Shown piece by piece: positions 39,481 to 52,945 of a stretch of 64,000 bases of DNA (positions are counted from its first letter, which is position 1; each line of letters starts with the position of its first letter). Both the position numbers and the translations under genes were made by a program. The notes below the pieces were generated by a model. That model saw nothing but the letters and a program-made list of their open reading frames with translations. It searched no databases and was not told the DNA's origin. The DNA is from Rhina ancylostomus (taxonomy: Eukaryota): positions 46,909,830 through 46,973,829 of the forward strand of contig JARFYF010000007.1 of the NCBI GenBank assembly GCA_030265395.1, in the 5' to 3' direction.

Positions 39481-40449
39481 CTTGTGAATGCATGGTAACT
39501 TGCTAACTCATATTACAGTTAAAATGTCATTGAGGTTCTACTTACACTGCAGGACCACAGCTAATATTTATACCTTAGGATTCCTCACTCAGACCAGGTG
39601 GCACTCCATAAACTGCCAAAATCAGGAATGTTAAGTTCCAAAGCAGGAAGGAACAGAGTTGGGAATGGAAACATTTCAATATATTGTGCGAAGTGGGGAC
39701 AGATAAAATTCCTTCTCCCATTAATTCAATACTTATTGTCAAACAGATCACATACTGGAATGTCCTGGTAAGGTATCAGAACCACCCCCACCTCACTTAA
39801 ACAGATAAAGGAAACTGGATGCTTTTGTTTTGATAGGCTGGCAAGGTTTTGGCTTCTCATCTGAAAGAAATCTCCTGTTACAATGCAGTTATCACAAAGT
39901 TGCTCAGAATCTTGCTATTCTAAAAGCCATATCTTCTGATCTGCTGCCTACTGGCTTTTTCTTCTCTGTGGTTACAGATGTACAGTTCACTCTTTCAAAA
40001 ACCCACGCCAGCATTGCTGAATTCCTAATGGGTATTGGCAGCCCATCCCAGCTAAGGATGTTGCCACTGCCTCAGCATGTTCTTGCAACTTTGCTCGTTA
40101 TGTAGTTTTCATCATCTCACAGGTATTGACATAGGAATGTTTGGTGACCATTTAAGGTTGTGTCCTTTCTTGGGGTGAGGGGTGGGTATGGGACTACATA
40201 GCCACATGACTCTGCCTCTCCCTCCCCTTCACTCTCCAGTTAAATGTCCCAAGAGGGTGAAAGATCCAAGCCGCAATCCAGAAGTCACTCAAGATAATGA
40301 GGAAGGAGGAGGAATTTTAAAAAATACTTAGAGCCCGGCTTCCATCTCCACCTCTTTACTTGTGCAGAGTTTACAAGATTATGACAGAAGGCATTCATGT
40401 TTAAATCTGGCCAATACTAATGTAGGTTTTAATTACCTGTATTCCTCAG

Positions 40450-40820
40450 CCACTACGTCAAGTTCAGCATGACCCAGAGATCCTATTCCTTCCTGGGTTC
40501 TCACTCAGCCAGAAGCCTCTGGCCATTCAGTGGCTCAGCTGCATTGAAATGTTTGCCTGGATCACCAATAGCAGAAGTCATCTGCAGGTGCAAACACTGG
40601 GAGAGTCCAAGTGCCACAGTAGCTCAGTGACGCAGACAGAAACTGACTTGAATCGGGTGGTCAGAAGGTTAGAGGATTGGTGACTGGTCAATGCTTTTAC
40701 CAAGGAGTCCACCTTCAGACCAAAAGTGAGGTGAGTTCCCGCATTGCTCCTGTAACTCAGCAGATCAAGTGATCTGGCCTGTGTGTTTAACTGCTGGCAT
40801 TGGGCTTTAACCATAACCTC
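40450..40820 (-). pseudogene. Harbinger transposase N-terminal relic
   Basis: Frameshifted traces of EQC..L-F, V-VT and GD-ANIS. Confidence 0.4.
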
Positions 40821-42449
40821 TAACTCATACGCGATAAAGTTTTGAACTAAGCCAGCTGACTCTGTAAAGTCAATAATTCAACTTAACATGAGACATTAAC
40901 TGATTCTGAATGTCAGCATCCTCTACAACTATGCATCGCTGTCAAATAGTTAGTTGATTCTAATAATGAACAATTTTTGGCTGTTTTAAAAATAAGCATC
41001 CAGGCAGAAAGTCAGGGTATTTTTGAAATTGTTCTTATAATGGAGAAGTTTTGTATTTGTGCAGTGATGTGGTGAATGCGTATGACAGATGCTGTATCTA
41101 CTTGAATACAAATACATATTTATGTCCACACTACTACTGCTGTTTCTGTTACTTTTTTCACCAAGGTTATGGTGGAGGTGTGGCATATATATAGAAAATC
41201 ACCTGCTCAATTTCAGCTCTTGGGAAGGGAACTGTAAATGCATTTCACAAGCAAGTGACAAAAAGTCACCAGTGAAAATGAATGGACCAGAACAGAGAGC
41301 AAACCATAGATGTATAGTAAATAATACCAAACAATAAAGAAACTGGAGGAAAAGGAACAATGGAAGTAAATAGGCCACTTCAATTTTAAAATCACCTTCT
41401 AAAGCATTGTAAATGGCAGGTCATAAAGTAATAGAGAAACAGGTATTTGCAAGAACAATAAAAACCTGGCTGTTAAATGCCTCTGGGTGTTTGTTAACCA
41501 AATACATAAAGTAGTGAAACTAGGCAAGATAAAAGCACAGAAAAAAATATGATCATGAAAGAATGTTGACGTTAATATGAATGTTTTAGTTAACAAACAA
41601 TTTGGTTACAGAGTCTATACAGAAAAGCCACAAGTCAGAAAGCACAGTTATTCTTTGCTGCAATTTTTAACACTTGAATTAATAGAGGTGATACAGGAAA
41701 GTCAAAGTACAGATAATAATAACATTTGGGTTCCTTACTAAAGAATGTCATGGAATATCAATGCAAACAACTTCATCCATAACACAGATTTGAAACCACT
41801 AGCAGATGTACAGAAGGCACATTTTTATTGGAATTTAATTATCAATGTGAACAATGGTGATCAGCACTAGTTTCATTACTGTCCACCTCAATGATCTTTA
41901 AGTTAGTGGAATAATCTTGCAATGTTCATTTTTTAATTGAATTATTTGGACAATAATGATGTAATTTTTTGTGGGGAATACCAGACTGATGATTCAAAAC
42001 ATTCTTGAGGGATGCACAGATGAAATACATTTTGTTTTAACCATTCTTGATCTGATATTTTTAGTCTCGTAAATGAAGATGCAACTGCCACAGTTTCTGT
42101 GGAGATTGCTAGCAGGCAACAAGCATAATGATGCTGATTGTTATGGGAAACTTGTAAGATTTTTGATTAAACTAGCACCCTATTATTGATTTTAAAGAGA
42201 TCACCACTTTACAAGTTAAAATACATATTAATTATTAAAACTATATTAAATGACCAGTAGAGCCCTTCACAGGATTATGCTGCAGTGCTTCTTGGAAGTC
42301 AGGTTGGAAATTACATACTTTACTTTCAATGCTGCAAGATATGTTATTGTTTCAAGATTATCATCTGTAATTCAGTTGTGCAGTTTTAATTTGCTGAGAC
42401 TAAGCAGAGAAAATGGATACACAGAAATAAATGTACTGCCTAAACAACT

Positions 42450-43700
42450 GGAAAACTTCATGGTTTTCTTTGATTGCTTTCATTTGTCTTCCCCCAAATC
42501 CAGCAACTGCTGTGAGGAATCAGCATTGCTTGACTTTCAAGCTGCAATCCCCTTTTCTGACATGTTTCATAACCTTGCCATGAGTTTCATTTTTGTCCAT
42601 TACCACTGTCTCAAGTTGTCCCAGACTCTATACAATTCTAACATCTTATTTAAACCTGAACTGAGTTTCAGTCATGTCACAATAAAAGTTGGAGACTTGA
42701 AGTTGGGTCACATAGTTCATTTTTTTCAGCCACTCATAAACTGATTTCACTTGAAGTAGGTCACACGAGTGATCGGGTCAATGTTGTAGCAATCACAAAG
42801 TCAGGTCAAGCCTTCCAGTCATGATCCATTGTGTGCTCTGTGCCTTATCATGGTCTCCAACCTTATAATTCTAATGTCTGTTTCTGCCTGAGACACCACA
42901 TCTTACGGAGACTTCTCTGAGCCCAGGTTTTCAACAGCTGTCTTCATTCTGCATGAAAGACCTTAGACTGCACCCTCATGGAAGTTGAAGTCAAATTGTC
43001 TCTCAGCTTTTTCACCACAGGATTTTTATTAGCAACTGTAGCAGATCTCTGTGATGTCTCCTAATTTGCTGCTCGCCAATGCATCAGAGGCTCACCCGGG
43101 CAATGAGCTTACTAAACACATTTTCATCCCCAGTTGGCATCTTGAGTACTAGGATATCATAGCATTGTTGGCTTCCCTGAGTGTAGGCAGCCATAAGGGC
43201 TCCCATTAATAGGCCAGTCCATTTTCACAGGGAAGGTTTCCAGTCATTTATTGTGAATAATGTTGTGGATCACCAAAAGAATTTCTAGTTAATTACCACG
43301 TTTTCAGGAAGCACAGATGATTCTGGAAACTTAAGGAAGTCCACACAGCCGAACATTTTCAGTGCCCAGAATTGTCTAGTGAGATGGATCCTGGGGACAA
43401 GATCTGCACTGTACTTCGCTGGTCTCACATACCAATGCACCCGCCAATGACAGCATTTGAATTCCGATACAATGAACACCACCAAAGGACCAGGATAATA
43501 GCTTAAAATGCAATAGGTGTCCTGCATCATTGCCTGCATCACCCGGAGAGGTCTCACTGTATGAACCAAGTGGAAGCAGGCATGGAAACCTAAGCAATTT
43601 GCTAATAGGGAGACAAGGAGCCAGCCAAGTTATGGTGTCCAATGCAAGCTAAGTGACCCACTCCACACCAATCATTAGCAACGTCACACACCAATAATTA
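42450..43700 (-). mobile_element. Ancient Gypsy pol relic
   Basis: QL-HEG and RAH (YRSTP-like) integrase traces. The + strand ORF 42250-42744 is antisense to it. Confidence 0.45.
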
Positions 43701-44004
43701 GGTGGGGGAACCCAAATGACACATAATGCTCCTCATATTCTGCTTTGAAGCTGCACCTGCAATGATGACAAAACATCAGTTAATGATTCTCTGGTTCAAT
43801 TCTTAATATAACTAGCTAGAACATTTCTGAAACTTACGAGTGGCATCTGACTTGAAGAATTCTTGGATTAGTTCCACTCTGCAGTTCTAATCATTGTTTG
43901 ACACCTCAAATCTTTTGGATTGCAACTCAGCACTGACGGTATCTGGTCAGCCTCGTAGCCACACTAAGCTGCATGGTGATCCATTGCTGAATTTGCCCAG
44001 GTAC

Positions 44005-44240
44005 TGTAGTGAACCAAGTTCGAGGTCTCGAAGGACAAGGACTCTGAACACAGCCTAAGAGTTAAAGAATTTATTTGCAAATGCAGGGAAAAGGTAACAG
44101 GGCAACACACACACANNNNNNNNNNNNNNNNNNNNNNNNNNNNNNNNNNNNNNNNNNNNNNNNNNNNNNNNNNNNNNNNNNNNNNNNNNNNNNNNNNNNN
44201 NNNNNNNNNNNNNNNCATCTTCTGGGAAAATGTAACAGGG

Positions 44241-44299
<59 letters not shown>

Positions 44300-44818
44300 C
44301 GCACTGGTAATAGCAAGCATGGGAAAATCCCAACAAGGGTAAAATACACACACGCATGCACAATGAACTGAATACAAACAATCAGGGAAAAGCAATACAA
44401 TACCCGCCCCCACTTGACTCAGTGCAGGCACGGCTCCACGCCACCAGGAATACTAACTTAAGAGGCTTCTAACCCTGTTGAAGTGCACAGCTTACTAGCA
44501 GTCTCTCCAGCGTCATTTCATGATTCCTTCATACAAACAAAGAGACACGACCCAGCACATGGGGCACTCTTGATAGTGCTGGAGGTCTGAGGGGTCCAGC
44601 CCAGGTAGTTCAAAAAGGCCAATGACCTGGTACCAGCAAGGACTAATCAATTACCAGAGACCAATGGCCCGAACCCAGGTACAAAGGTGCTTAAAGGGGC
44701 CAATGGTCAGGTGTGCACTGATGGATGGGGAGGAGCCAGGCCTTAATTGACAGTTGTGTATTTTTTGACCAGGTACTAGGCAGTGCTGTTACATGACAGC
44801 CCGGCTCTCCACAATACA
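44005..44818 (-). mobile_element. Solo LTR with 5-bp TSD
   Basis: GGTAC|TGTAGTG...CAATACA|GGTAC. Reverse AATAAA at about 44070. Internal (CA)n and a gap. Confidence 0.8.
44243..44297. repeat. (CA)n microsatellite
   Basis: Perfect CA run. Confidence 0.97.
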
Positions 44819-46339
44819 GGTACCTGACACAGCAGTGTTGTCAGTAATGATGTTATAACTACCACTTTTAGCCCTTTCATTCCTGGAAACGCATCCTAAG
44901 TGCTGTGAGGTACCAGCATAGTTCCAATGTGATGACTGATATGACTGCACACACCAGCTGCCATGCAGATATGGTCTTAAAATTTCTCACATAAATATTG
45001 TCCAGATTGTCAAGAATTCTGAGCATCTTACATTTTTAGAGTGCTGTAATACATTTCCCTCTTTTCACAGTTGCAATTAAGGGAGTGAAAATGCATTTTA
45101 AAGACTGTGATAAGGGCATGTTTCCTGAAGAGACATTAGGATTGGAAGTCAAAAATGATTAATAATTAATGCTAGTACTTAGAACAATGGGGTAATTTGT
45201 TTCTTGCTTAAAGACATTCATTTGCAGTAAGATTATTCTAATGATTCAGACTACAAGTAAAAAGATGAGCTTTATTATCATAGTCACTCTTTTCTGAGAT
45301 AATAATTTAACTTCCAAATAATTTCCTCAAATTAACTCCCCCCTAAATATTAGAATTTCATTAACCATAAGTAGGATTTGTTTGGAGCATTCTATGTAAC
45401 AGAAAATGCAAGCATTTTCTTATCAGGATTGAATTCACAGATTTGAATCCTTTATTTGTTTTAACTGGCTTCTTATTAATGTTTCTAAATGCATAAAAAG
45501 TCTTTAACAGACATGGATGCTAATGGTGGAGCAATTAGAGTCAGGAATGAGCAAGCTAACAAGCATGGCCCTACACAACAGGGGGTTGGCAGAGAGCCGT
45601 TGAAGATGATGATGTAGACAGCCATGCCAAAGCCTGCAGTGAAGGACAGGGAGGGACAGGGAACCTTCTATAAGAACCATTACAATACTGTAACAGCACC
45701 AAAAACCTGAATGGAGGATTCAGCCATGGAGGTCTGGAAAAGATGAGTATGGAGGTTGGAGGACACAAAACATTGGAAATGAAGTGTTGGCTTGCAAGGA
45801 TGAAAGGATAAAGGGTGGGCTTTTTCAGCAGAAGGTGCTATGACTAGAGTGATGGAAGGAAGAGTATCTGAAGAACGAGGGGTGTTAATAATATGTTACT
45901 TAAAGGAGGTTGTGTGCAGTCCAGAGACATTAGTGATTCTGGAGGAAAGGTTTGTGAGCTGGTCTGAAGGATTAGGCCGGAATGAGCAGGATGTAGTTGC
46001 CATGATCTTTGGTCCCCATAAATGTCACTTCTGAGGTATTTTTGTCCAAAATTCACAAGATCTTCATTACCTGAGAACTAGTCCCAAGCTACCAGGAATC
46101 TGGAGTCCTTCTTACACTATCTCTTCAGCTAACTTATTCTACCTAAGCCCGTAGTAACTAACACTTAGCCTTGGGAGTTACCCTAGGATAATTAACTTTG
46201 AGAGCCTCCACTTTACTTTCCATTTAAGCTCCTGAAGCTGTGACCAAAACTTTTACTTTCTATGTCCTACATTAGTTGCACATTTATTCATAGATCCCTG
46301 CACCTTCTGCATTCAGTTCCTACATACAGTTATCCAGTG

Positions 46340-46985
46340 GATTTCTTTCATACATGTTTTGGGATCTGGGCTTGACTGGCAAGGCTGGCATTTATTCCCT
46401 AGAACTGATGGCTTGCTCAGAGAACATTTCAGAGTAAACTACTTTGTTGGGTCTGGAAACCAGACCAGTTAAGGACATTAGTGAATGAGATAGTTTTCAC
46501 AATACTCCAGTGGTTTTATGGTCATTATTTATTACCAATGACTAATAGCAGGCTCGGTGGTGTAATGGTTAGCATAACAATATTACAGCGCCAACGGCCG
46601 GGGTTCAATTCTGGCCACTGTCTGTAAGGAGTTTGTACATTCTCCCCGTGTCTGCATGGGTTTCCTCTGGGTGCTCCGGTTTCCTCCCACATTCCAAAGA
46701 CATACAGGTTAGGAAGTTGTGGGCATGCTATGTTGGTGCAGGAAGAGTGGCGACACTTGCAGGCTGTTCCCAGAACACTCTAAGCAAAAGGTGCATTTCA
46801 CTGTGTGTTTTGATGTACATATGACAAATAAAGAAATCTTATCTTAATGCTTTCTTTAGATTTCAAATTATTAACTGAATTTCAAGTGCACTACTGCACT
46901 GGTGGGATTTACACTCAGGTCTCTGAATTCTTAGCCCAGGCTGCTGTATTACTGTTCTGATCATTTAATCACTGCATCACAACCA
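46340..46985 (-). mobile_element. Old tRNA-type SINE, host of the V-SINE insertion
   Basis: ggcaaggctggcatttatt tail (related to the 4155 LINE end) and ggtgggatttacactcagg head on either side of the insert. Confidence 0.55.
46548..46845 (+). mobile_element. V-SINE with Rex1-like tail
   Basis: A box tggtgtaatgg, B box ggttcaattc, V-domain, tail atttcactgtgtgttttgatgtacatatgacaaataaa. Confidence 0.88.
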
Positions 46986-48200
46986 CAAAGAATTTCCAGG
47001 CAATGGATCTTAGCTCTGCTAATTTTACTTAAATTGCACCCATGTACCATATTTATACTTCAGCTGCTCCTGTTCATTATTCAGTGATTTACATAAACTG
47101 TTTTTTTAAATATACAAATTGAAGTGATGATGGTGTGTGCATTTGAATAGTGATGAAAATAATGGAATGCTTCCTTCAGGAAAATGAAGACAGGCAAGGC
47201 TGAAAGTGCAGACACAAGAGGCACATTTATTGAAACAATAAACTCTTGGTGTAAAACTTAAGAATCATTGAGGTATTTATTGTAAAACTATGGGGTTGTT
47301 GCACAGAGCTTCGGCAATCAGGATGAAAATGGCTTCTTTGTGGAAGTTCGCACCGGGGGAGTCACTTCAGTCAAGAGTGGGTTCAGCAAATAAGTGAGTG
47401 GGGAATCATTCTGTGGGAATCGCAGCTTGTTATCTGCCTGAATCAGCAAATGTACTGATTGAGCAGTACACCAAAACATTCACTGATATGATTCTAGAGA
47501 ATATTTATGACACATCTACTGTGTCATATGTATAAAGTCACCATTCAAAAACAGCGGCTCTATCGTGGTTTGATTAAGTGAACTCTGGTTTTCAATGAGT
47601 ATGATCAGACAGCAACAATACTGTGGCTCCTCTTTCCCTGCCTGTCACAGACACCAAGATTAGGTTAAGGAGATTCAAGCGTGATTTCTTGAAAACTGAA
47701 TTTGATGAAACTGAAGGTGAATTTATTGATACGTGGTTATTGTGCTGAAATCTTGAAAACTGCCAAAACTAAAACAAAAAGATGTTGAAGTCTGGAATCA
47801 AGAAAAAATACAGGAACAAAAATTAGGTTCAGAATCAGACTGCAAGATTCTGAATGGCTGATCTTCTCCATAGCTCCACTTTTCTAGCCGATTCCATATC
47901 CATTCATTCCTTTATAATCCAATCATCTATTGATCTGTGAGTTGAATATATTCAACAAGTGCGCATCTACATCCCATTGAAGTAGAGAATTCTTAAAAAT
48001 CCCTGAAACATTGGCCTATCTTACTCTGTCTTTCCTCAGACAACTCTAATACTAGGGATCAATCTAATGAATTTTCATAGCATAAGCTCAAAGGCTCCTA
48101 CTTCTTCTTAAGGTTTGGGACTATAATTAAAAGTGAAAGACCCAAATATTTCACTCCAACCCACTATGAATCAATTTTATAAAGGTATATAGTTAATATA

Positions 48201-48604
48201 TAGTAGAACTCCAATAATCCACAATCCAATTGTTTGGAAATCCAAAGGTTCTCTGGAAGCCAATTCCCATGCTTCCCTAACACACACCAGTGCCCTGGTT
48301 CCTGCACTTCTATTGATGCACAAGAGTCCTGGTTCTCATGCTCCCTTTAATATATGGGGCTCCATTTTCTGTACTCCCATCAAACTTGATCCCCATTTCC
48401 ACAGTCCCTTGAAACTCATTGGTTCTGTTACCCACACTCCCTATTAACTTACTGGGTTCAATGGAAAATTTATTATACTACTATGTAACATCAAAAGCAA
48501 GTTAAAGGTCTGGAATATCATCTGGAAAATATCCAATAGTTCAGAAAATCTTTAAGCTCAGCACCACCAAGGTCCTGAATGTGCTGGATTAATGATTTTT
48601 TCTG
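48201..48604. mobile_element. Tc1/pogo-type MITE with internal degenerate ~34-bp tandem repeats
   Basis: TA-flanked TIRs tagtagaactccaataatcca / tggattaatgattttttctg. The right end matches the left end of 54643-55666 in reverse. Confidence 0.65.
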
Positions 48605-49499
48605 TAGCACATACAGAAGTGGAGCTACTTGTTCAATACAAATACTCCCAAATACTCCTGAATTGCACATTTAATTGTTTTAAACCATTTCGTTCAAAAT
48701 GTATCTTTTCTGCTAAAGGATATAACATTACACATCCCAACATTATCTTAAATGAGGGAGGTTAGCAGATACTTTTAATCCTGATGACCCTAACTCTTCC
48801 TCATGGTTTACTCTAAGCTCTGCAAACAGTAGCTGGAATGTTTCTCGGTGAGTTTAGCAGGAACTTGCTGTCCGAGTCATTTTTTGATGTTCTTAATATT
48901 ATCATTAAACTTGGGCCATTAGGCCAAGTTGAACTCCATCTGAAGCATTCCTATCACTCACTGTCAGTGCTATTTCCATGGCTGCACTTTTGTGCATTTA
49001 GATCCAATTGAACTCCATTGCTGAGGCCAGCAATGGAATGGAAGGCATCTCATTTGGCTTCAGCTCATTTTGTACTTCCACAGTGCAATATGCACTGCAA
49101 AGGGTAGGAACATTTGGACCATTATATTTTGATTTAATGCCTATAATAGATTGTGGGAGCTACAACTTCGATGATGAGCTGTCTTAAACTCTATTATGAA
49201 AATCATCTCCATGATAAAAGGAAATGTTAGGTATTCATTTGAAACTGCTTTCAACAGCTCAAAAACATGGGTTGAAAGCACATTGAACAGAAAATCTGAG
49301 ACTTGGCATCAAACACTAAACGAGCTTTATCTGTACTTGTAATGTTTTATCATGCAAATAGAACAGGTGTACATTTCCATATTTATCACTAAATCAATTG
49401 GGTATAATTGAGAGAAAAAAAGATTGCAATCTACAATGTATGTTTGGCTAAATTTCTCCTCTGACCAGAACTCATCTACTCCGTAAATAGTCGTTGTCC

Positions 49500-49920
49500 T
49501 GCAGTACCTTGAGAATTAGCAGGCATTTTGAAAATGGCATCATAGCTGATACAAAATGTACCTTCTCTTCCAGTCAAACCATTGTATGCCAGACTGGATG
49601 TACAGGAACCACCAGGCTCATGGCAGAGGTTGGATATCTGAAAAAAATAGTTGTGGTGATTGTTAATATTATATGTGTTTGGAAACTGGTAATAATTTCT
49701 GCACAGTTCCAAGCCTGGATGGACTGGGAGGTCAAAAATTGAGGTCTGGTGGAAACAAAGTCATGCCTGTACCACATCCCTTGACAGAGCAGATTGTTAG
49801 GCTTCTGAAGCAGAGCTTAAAGATACTTGCTGATCTGCTGGATAAGAAAGATTGATTGGAGATGAACAGTGGTCACCATTCCTCCAAATGCCAAAGTTTT
49901 TATTGCCAATGAACATGTGA
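49500..49920 (+). mobile_element. Ancient Gypsy integrase core relic
   Basis: PVKPLYARLDVQEP, VVIVN, HP...EQIVRLLKQSLK. Confidence 0.6.
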
Positions 49921-50329
49921 AGAATCGGTATTGAATTGTAATCATGTATTCAGATCATGTGCTTTTGTTTTAACAATTTCTCTCATTGCCAGATGTGACC
50001 TGTTTTGGGCCATTTTCCATTTTATTGAATGCTATTTTCCTGAAGCACTTCATGTCTTAGTAGAATGTTTTTTCCCCACATGTTCAGGTTCATTCTCCAT
50101 ACACCTTACTTTTTAGTTAGCACAAAGTTCAAAAGTAAGTCAGACCAGTTACTTATATTCCAAGCCACGTAGTATAAAATCAACAGAATCAAACTGGGTT
50201 CCTACTTTGCATTCTGCCCTAGTTTAGTTTCAGTTAGCTTCCAGACTCAATAGATTACAATTAACCGAACCAATTGGATTTATGAAGTATTTATTAGAAT
50301 CAACAGTATTGTCTCAACCAAATATTGTT

Positions 50330-50925
50330 GCTACCTTCACTAAATCTCAGACTTCATCTCATTCTTCCTTCTTATCACCCAACTGCCCCACTTCAGCTAA
50401 CCTGCTGATAAAACATTTATCCATAACTTTACTACAACAGATCTTGATCATTCATCTGGTCTCTATCTTCCACACTCTCCATGATTTTGTTCACTTAAAG
50501 CTCTGAACCCTAACTCATTGCTCAACCTGAACACCAATCACCCCCCATACTTTCAGATTTACATCATCCAGCAGTTTCACTATTTTAAAACACTCATCCT
50601 TATTTTCAAATCCCGCCATGACCTTACCTTTCCCCATCACTGTAATCTATGGCCCAGCAATCTGAGGGGTATCTGTATCCTGCATATTCCCTGTTCTAAT
50701 CAATCAGTTCATCGGTACCAGAGCCTTCAGCCACCCAGACCATAGAATTCTCTCAATAGATTTGCTTCCCCCTCCCCCTCTCCATCTTTCTCTGATTCTT
50801 TGTATTTTTATCCTCCTTTAAGAAATGTCCTAAAACTGATCCCATCAGTATTTGTCCAAGTAACTCAGCACCAAATTTTATTTCAGAAATACTTTGCTAA
50901 GTTAGAAGTACTACATAAATGCAAA
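50330..50925 (+). mobile_element. L2 LINE 3' fragment
   Basis: caccaatcaccccc...ttttaaaacactcatccttattttcaaatccc (PITP...FKTLILIFKS), tail ctacataaatgcaa. Confidence 0.75.
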
Positions 50926-52659
50926 CTTTTCATCCAGCATCTGTGCAATATGTCACATCTGATAGCATTAGTCAAAGTACTGCCTGTACTACATTTTTCC
51001 AACAGATTTCAGATTGGATATCTGTGTAGACACGCATATTTGTACACACACTTATATGTACATACACATACCACTAGCATTAATCCCTCCTTTGGTAAAT
51101 AGTCTCATCTCTCTCCATAGGCTACATAAATACACTCTTTTCCATTTCACAGTTTTCTGAGACTGTAAACTATTCACAACAATTTTCCCTCCAGTGATCA
51201 TCTCAGAGTCGGATTTGTAAAGATAGATTTTATGGCCAAAATAACATGTCTCTTTTTCTAGAAAGATCTGTAATTTGATACCATAGTTAGATCACAGAAC
51301 AGAGTACCACCTTAAGTGAAATTTACCAATGGTAATGATGCACTTGAAATTTAACGCCTGAATATTTGGGATGCAGTTGTGGATTTTCTAAGAGATTGAA
51401 GTTTCAGATCTCCATGCAATGGTTTTCTGTAATTTTATCCTCTGTAAGAACGGGATAGCAATTTCATTTCATAGTTTTGGAATGATCAAGCAACAGGCAT
51501 TATGAATGCAACAATTATTCATGAAGGGCATGTTCAAATTGTAACTCAAAGGCAGCTGAATGGAACATCTGGATATTCTATGTTGATAGGTATTGTGTTT
51601 GGTTCAATACAGATTAGATTTGAGATGTTCTGTGAATTCAAAATATGTGGTGTTGTTTTCCTTCTTGATATAGGTGGAAGAGAATTTGTTGTCTTCTTAC
51701 AGTTATTCAATTTTTTGCAACAAGAATGCTTCTAATTCTGTCAGCAATGTGTTAGTGGTCTAAAAGCATGGTAGTGTGGGAAAGAATGACTGGTTCAGGA
51801 AAGGTCAGGAGGTGCTTTCTCACAATGCTGTCATGGAGATATTCACAGAAGTGTCAAATATGCTGTCTACTGATGGCCTGGGCAGTGGGAGGAGAGCTGG
51901 TCAAAGTTTCCTGTGCTATAGAGAGAGCAATGGTGGTGTTTGTGGGGGTGGGGCATGGAGGTGCAGGATGGGAGTAGATGGCATTTCAAAATTATTTATC
52001 AATCAAAACTCTGAAACTGTCCTAAGTGTCATCTCCACAGTTTGCTTAGAATTCTGCCTCTAGATAATCAGTTAATCTGGGCTCCAATTTAAGCTTGGTG
52101 CTATAAATTAACCTCACTCATACCACTTGTTATGAGGCATATTTGATGAAACCTAAATTGCTCATTGATTACAGAGCAAAAACGCTGAAATTGTTGTAAA
52201 ATGTTCAGCTTTCTAGCCAAGACTATGTAAAATACATTTAGTTATGAAGCTGGATGTTGGCAGAGTTTTAGCCAGCAAAAAGTTCTGTTTATTCAAACCC
52301 AGGATCTTGGTTATCCTGTTTCCAGATAAATCGGTCAAAATATTCAAAGCTAAAGACTAATTAAAGCCTGAAGTTTCAAGCAAGCAAGATAAATCAAGCA
52401 AGATAAATAATAGCAACCTGAAAAGGTTGCTATTGCTCCAAGTATGTTTTATTATATAAGAGTCCAATTTCAGGGGATACAAGAAATTTGGGAAAACTAT
52501 CCCACAGACTAGTCAAACAACAACCTCACATACTTGTACTAACTGAACCATATATAGCAGCCAACATCCTGATTGTTACAACACCCACCCAGGATACACC
52601 CTGTCTCACAGAGGATAGACCCACTTGAGTTGGTGGAATGTTAATATACACTCAGGAAG

Positions 52660-52945
52660 TATAAACATCCCCAAATCCTTCCCAACATCCAGAAAGCATA
52701 GATCAGGGGTGTGATGGAAAGCTTTATACTTGCTTGGATAACAGCATTTCCAACAATATCAAAGAAGGTTAACACCAGATGCTTAAGGAAGATTGAGACA
52801 AGCACTTGAATTGCCAAGGCATAGAAAGCTATGGACCAAATGTAGATAAGTGGGTCTAGTATTACAGATAAGTAATGCAACAGATAGCATGGACATGGTC
52901 AAAAGGTCTGTTCCTGTGATGTAAGACTATGACTTTGACTATCTA
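52660..52945 (+). mobile_element. CR1 3' end
   Basis: acaagcacttgaattgccaaggcatagaaagctatgg...gactatgact tail. Confidence 0.65.

Larger units (their letters stand above)
43850..44990 (-). pseudogene. Harbinger transposase relic interrupted by a solo LTR
   Basis: Joining the flanks on the minus strand gives F-RN-KG...VRYLG (compare F-NRKG...ARYPG). Confidence 0.5.

Noticed and set aside
42250-42744. 164-aa + strand ORF as a host gene
   Set aside because: No recognisable domain or splice context; it overlaps the antisense strand of a decayed Gypsy integrase region
46555-46620. tRNA gene (also about 60105-60170 and 14795-14860)
   Set aside because: The A/B boxes are SINE heads joined to a V-domain; no complete cloverleaf or terminator
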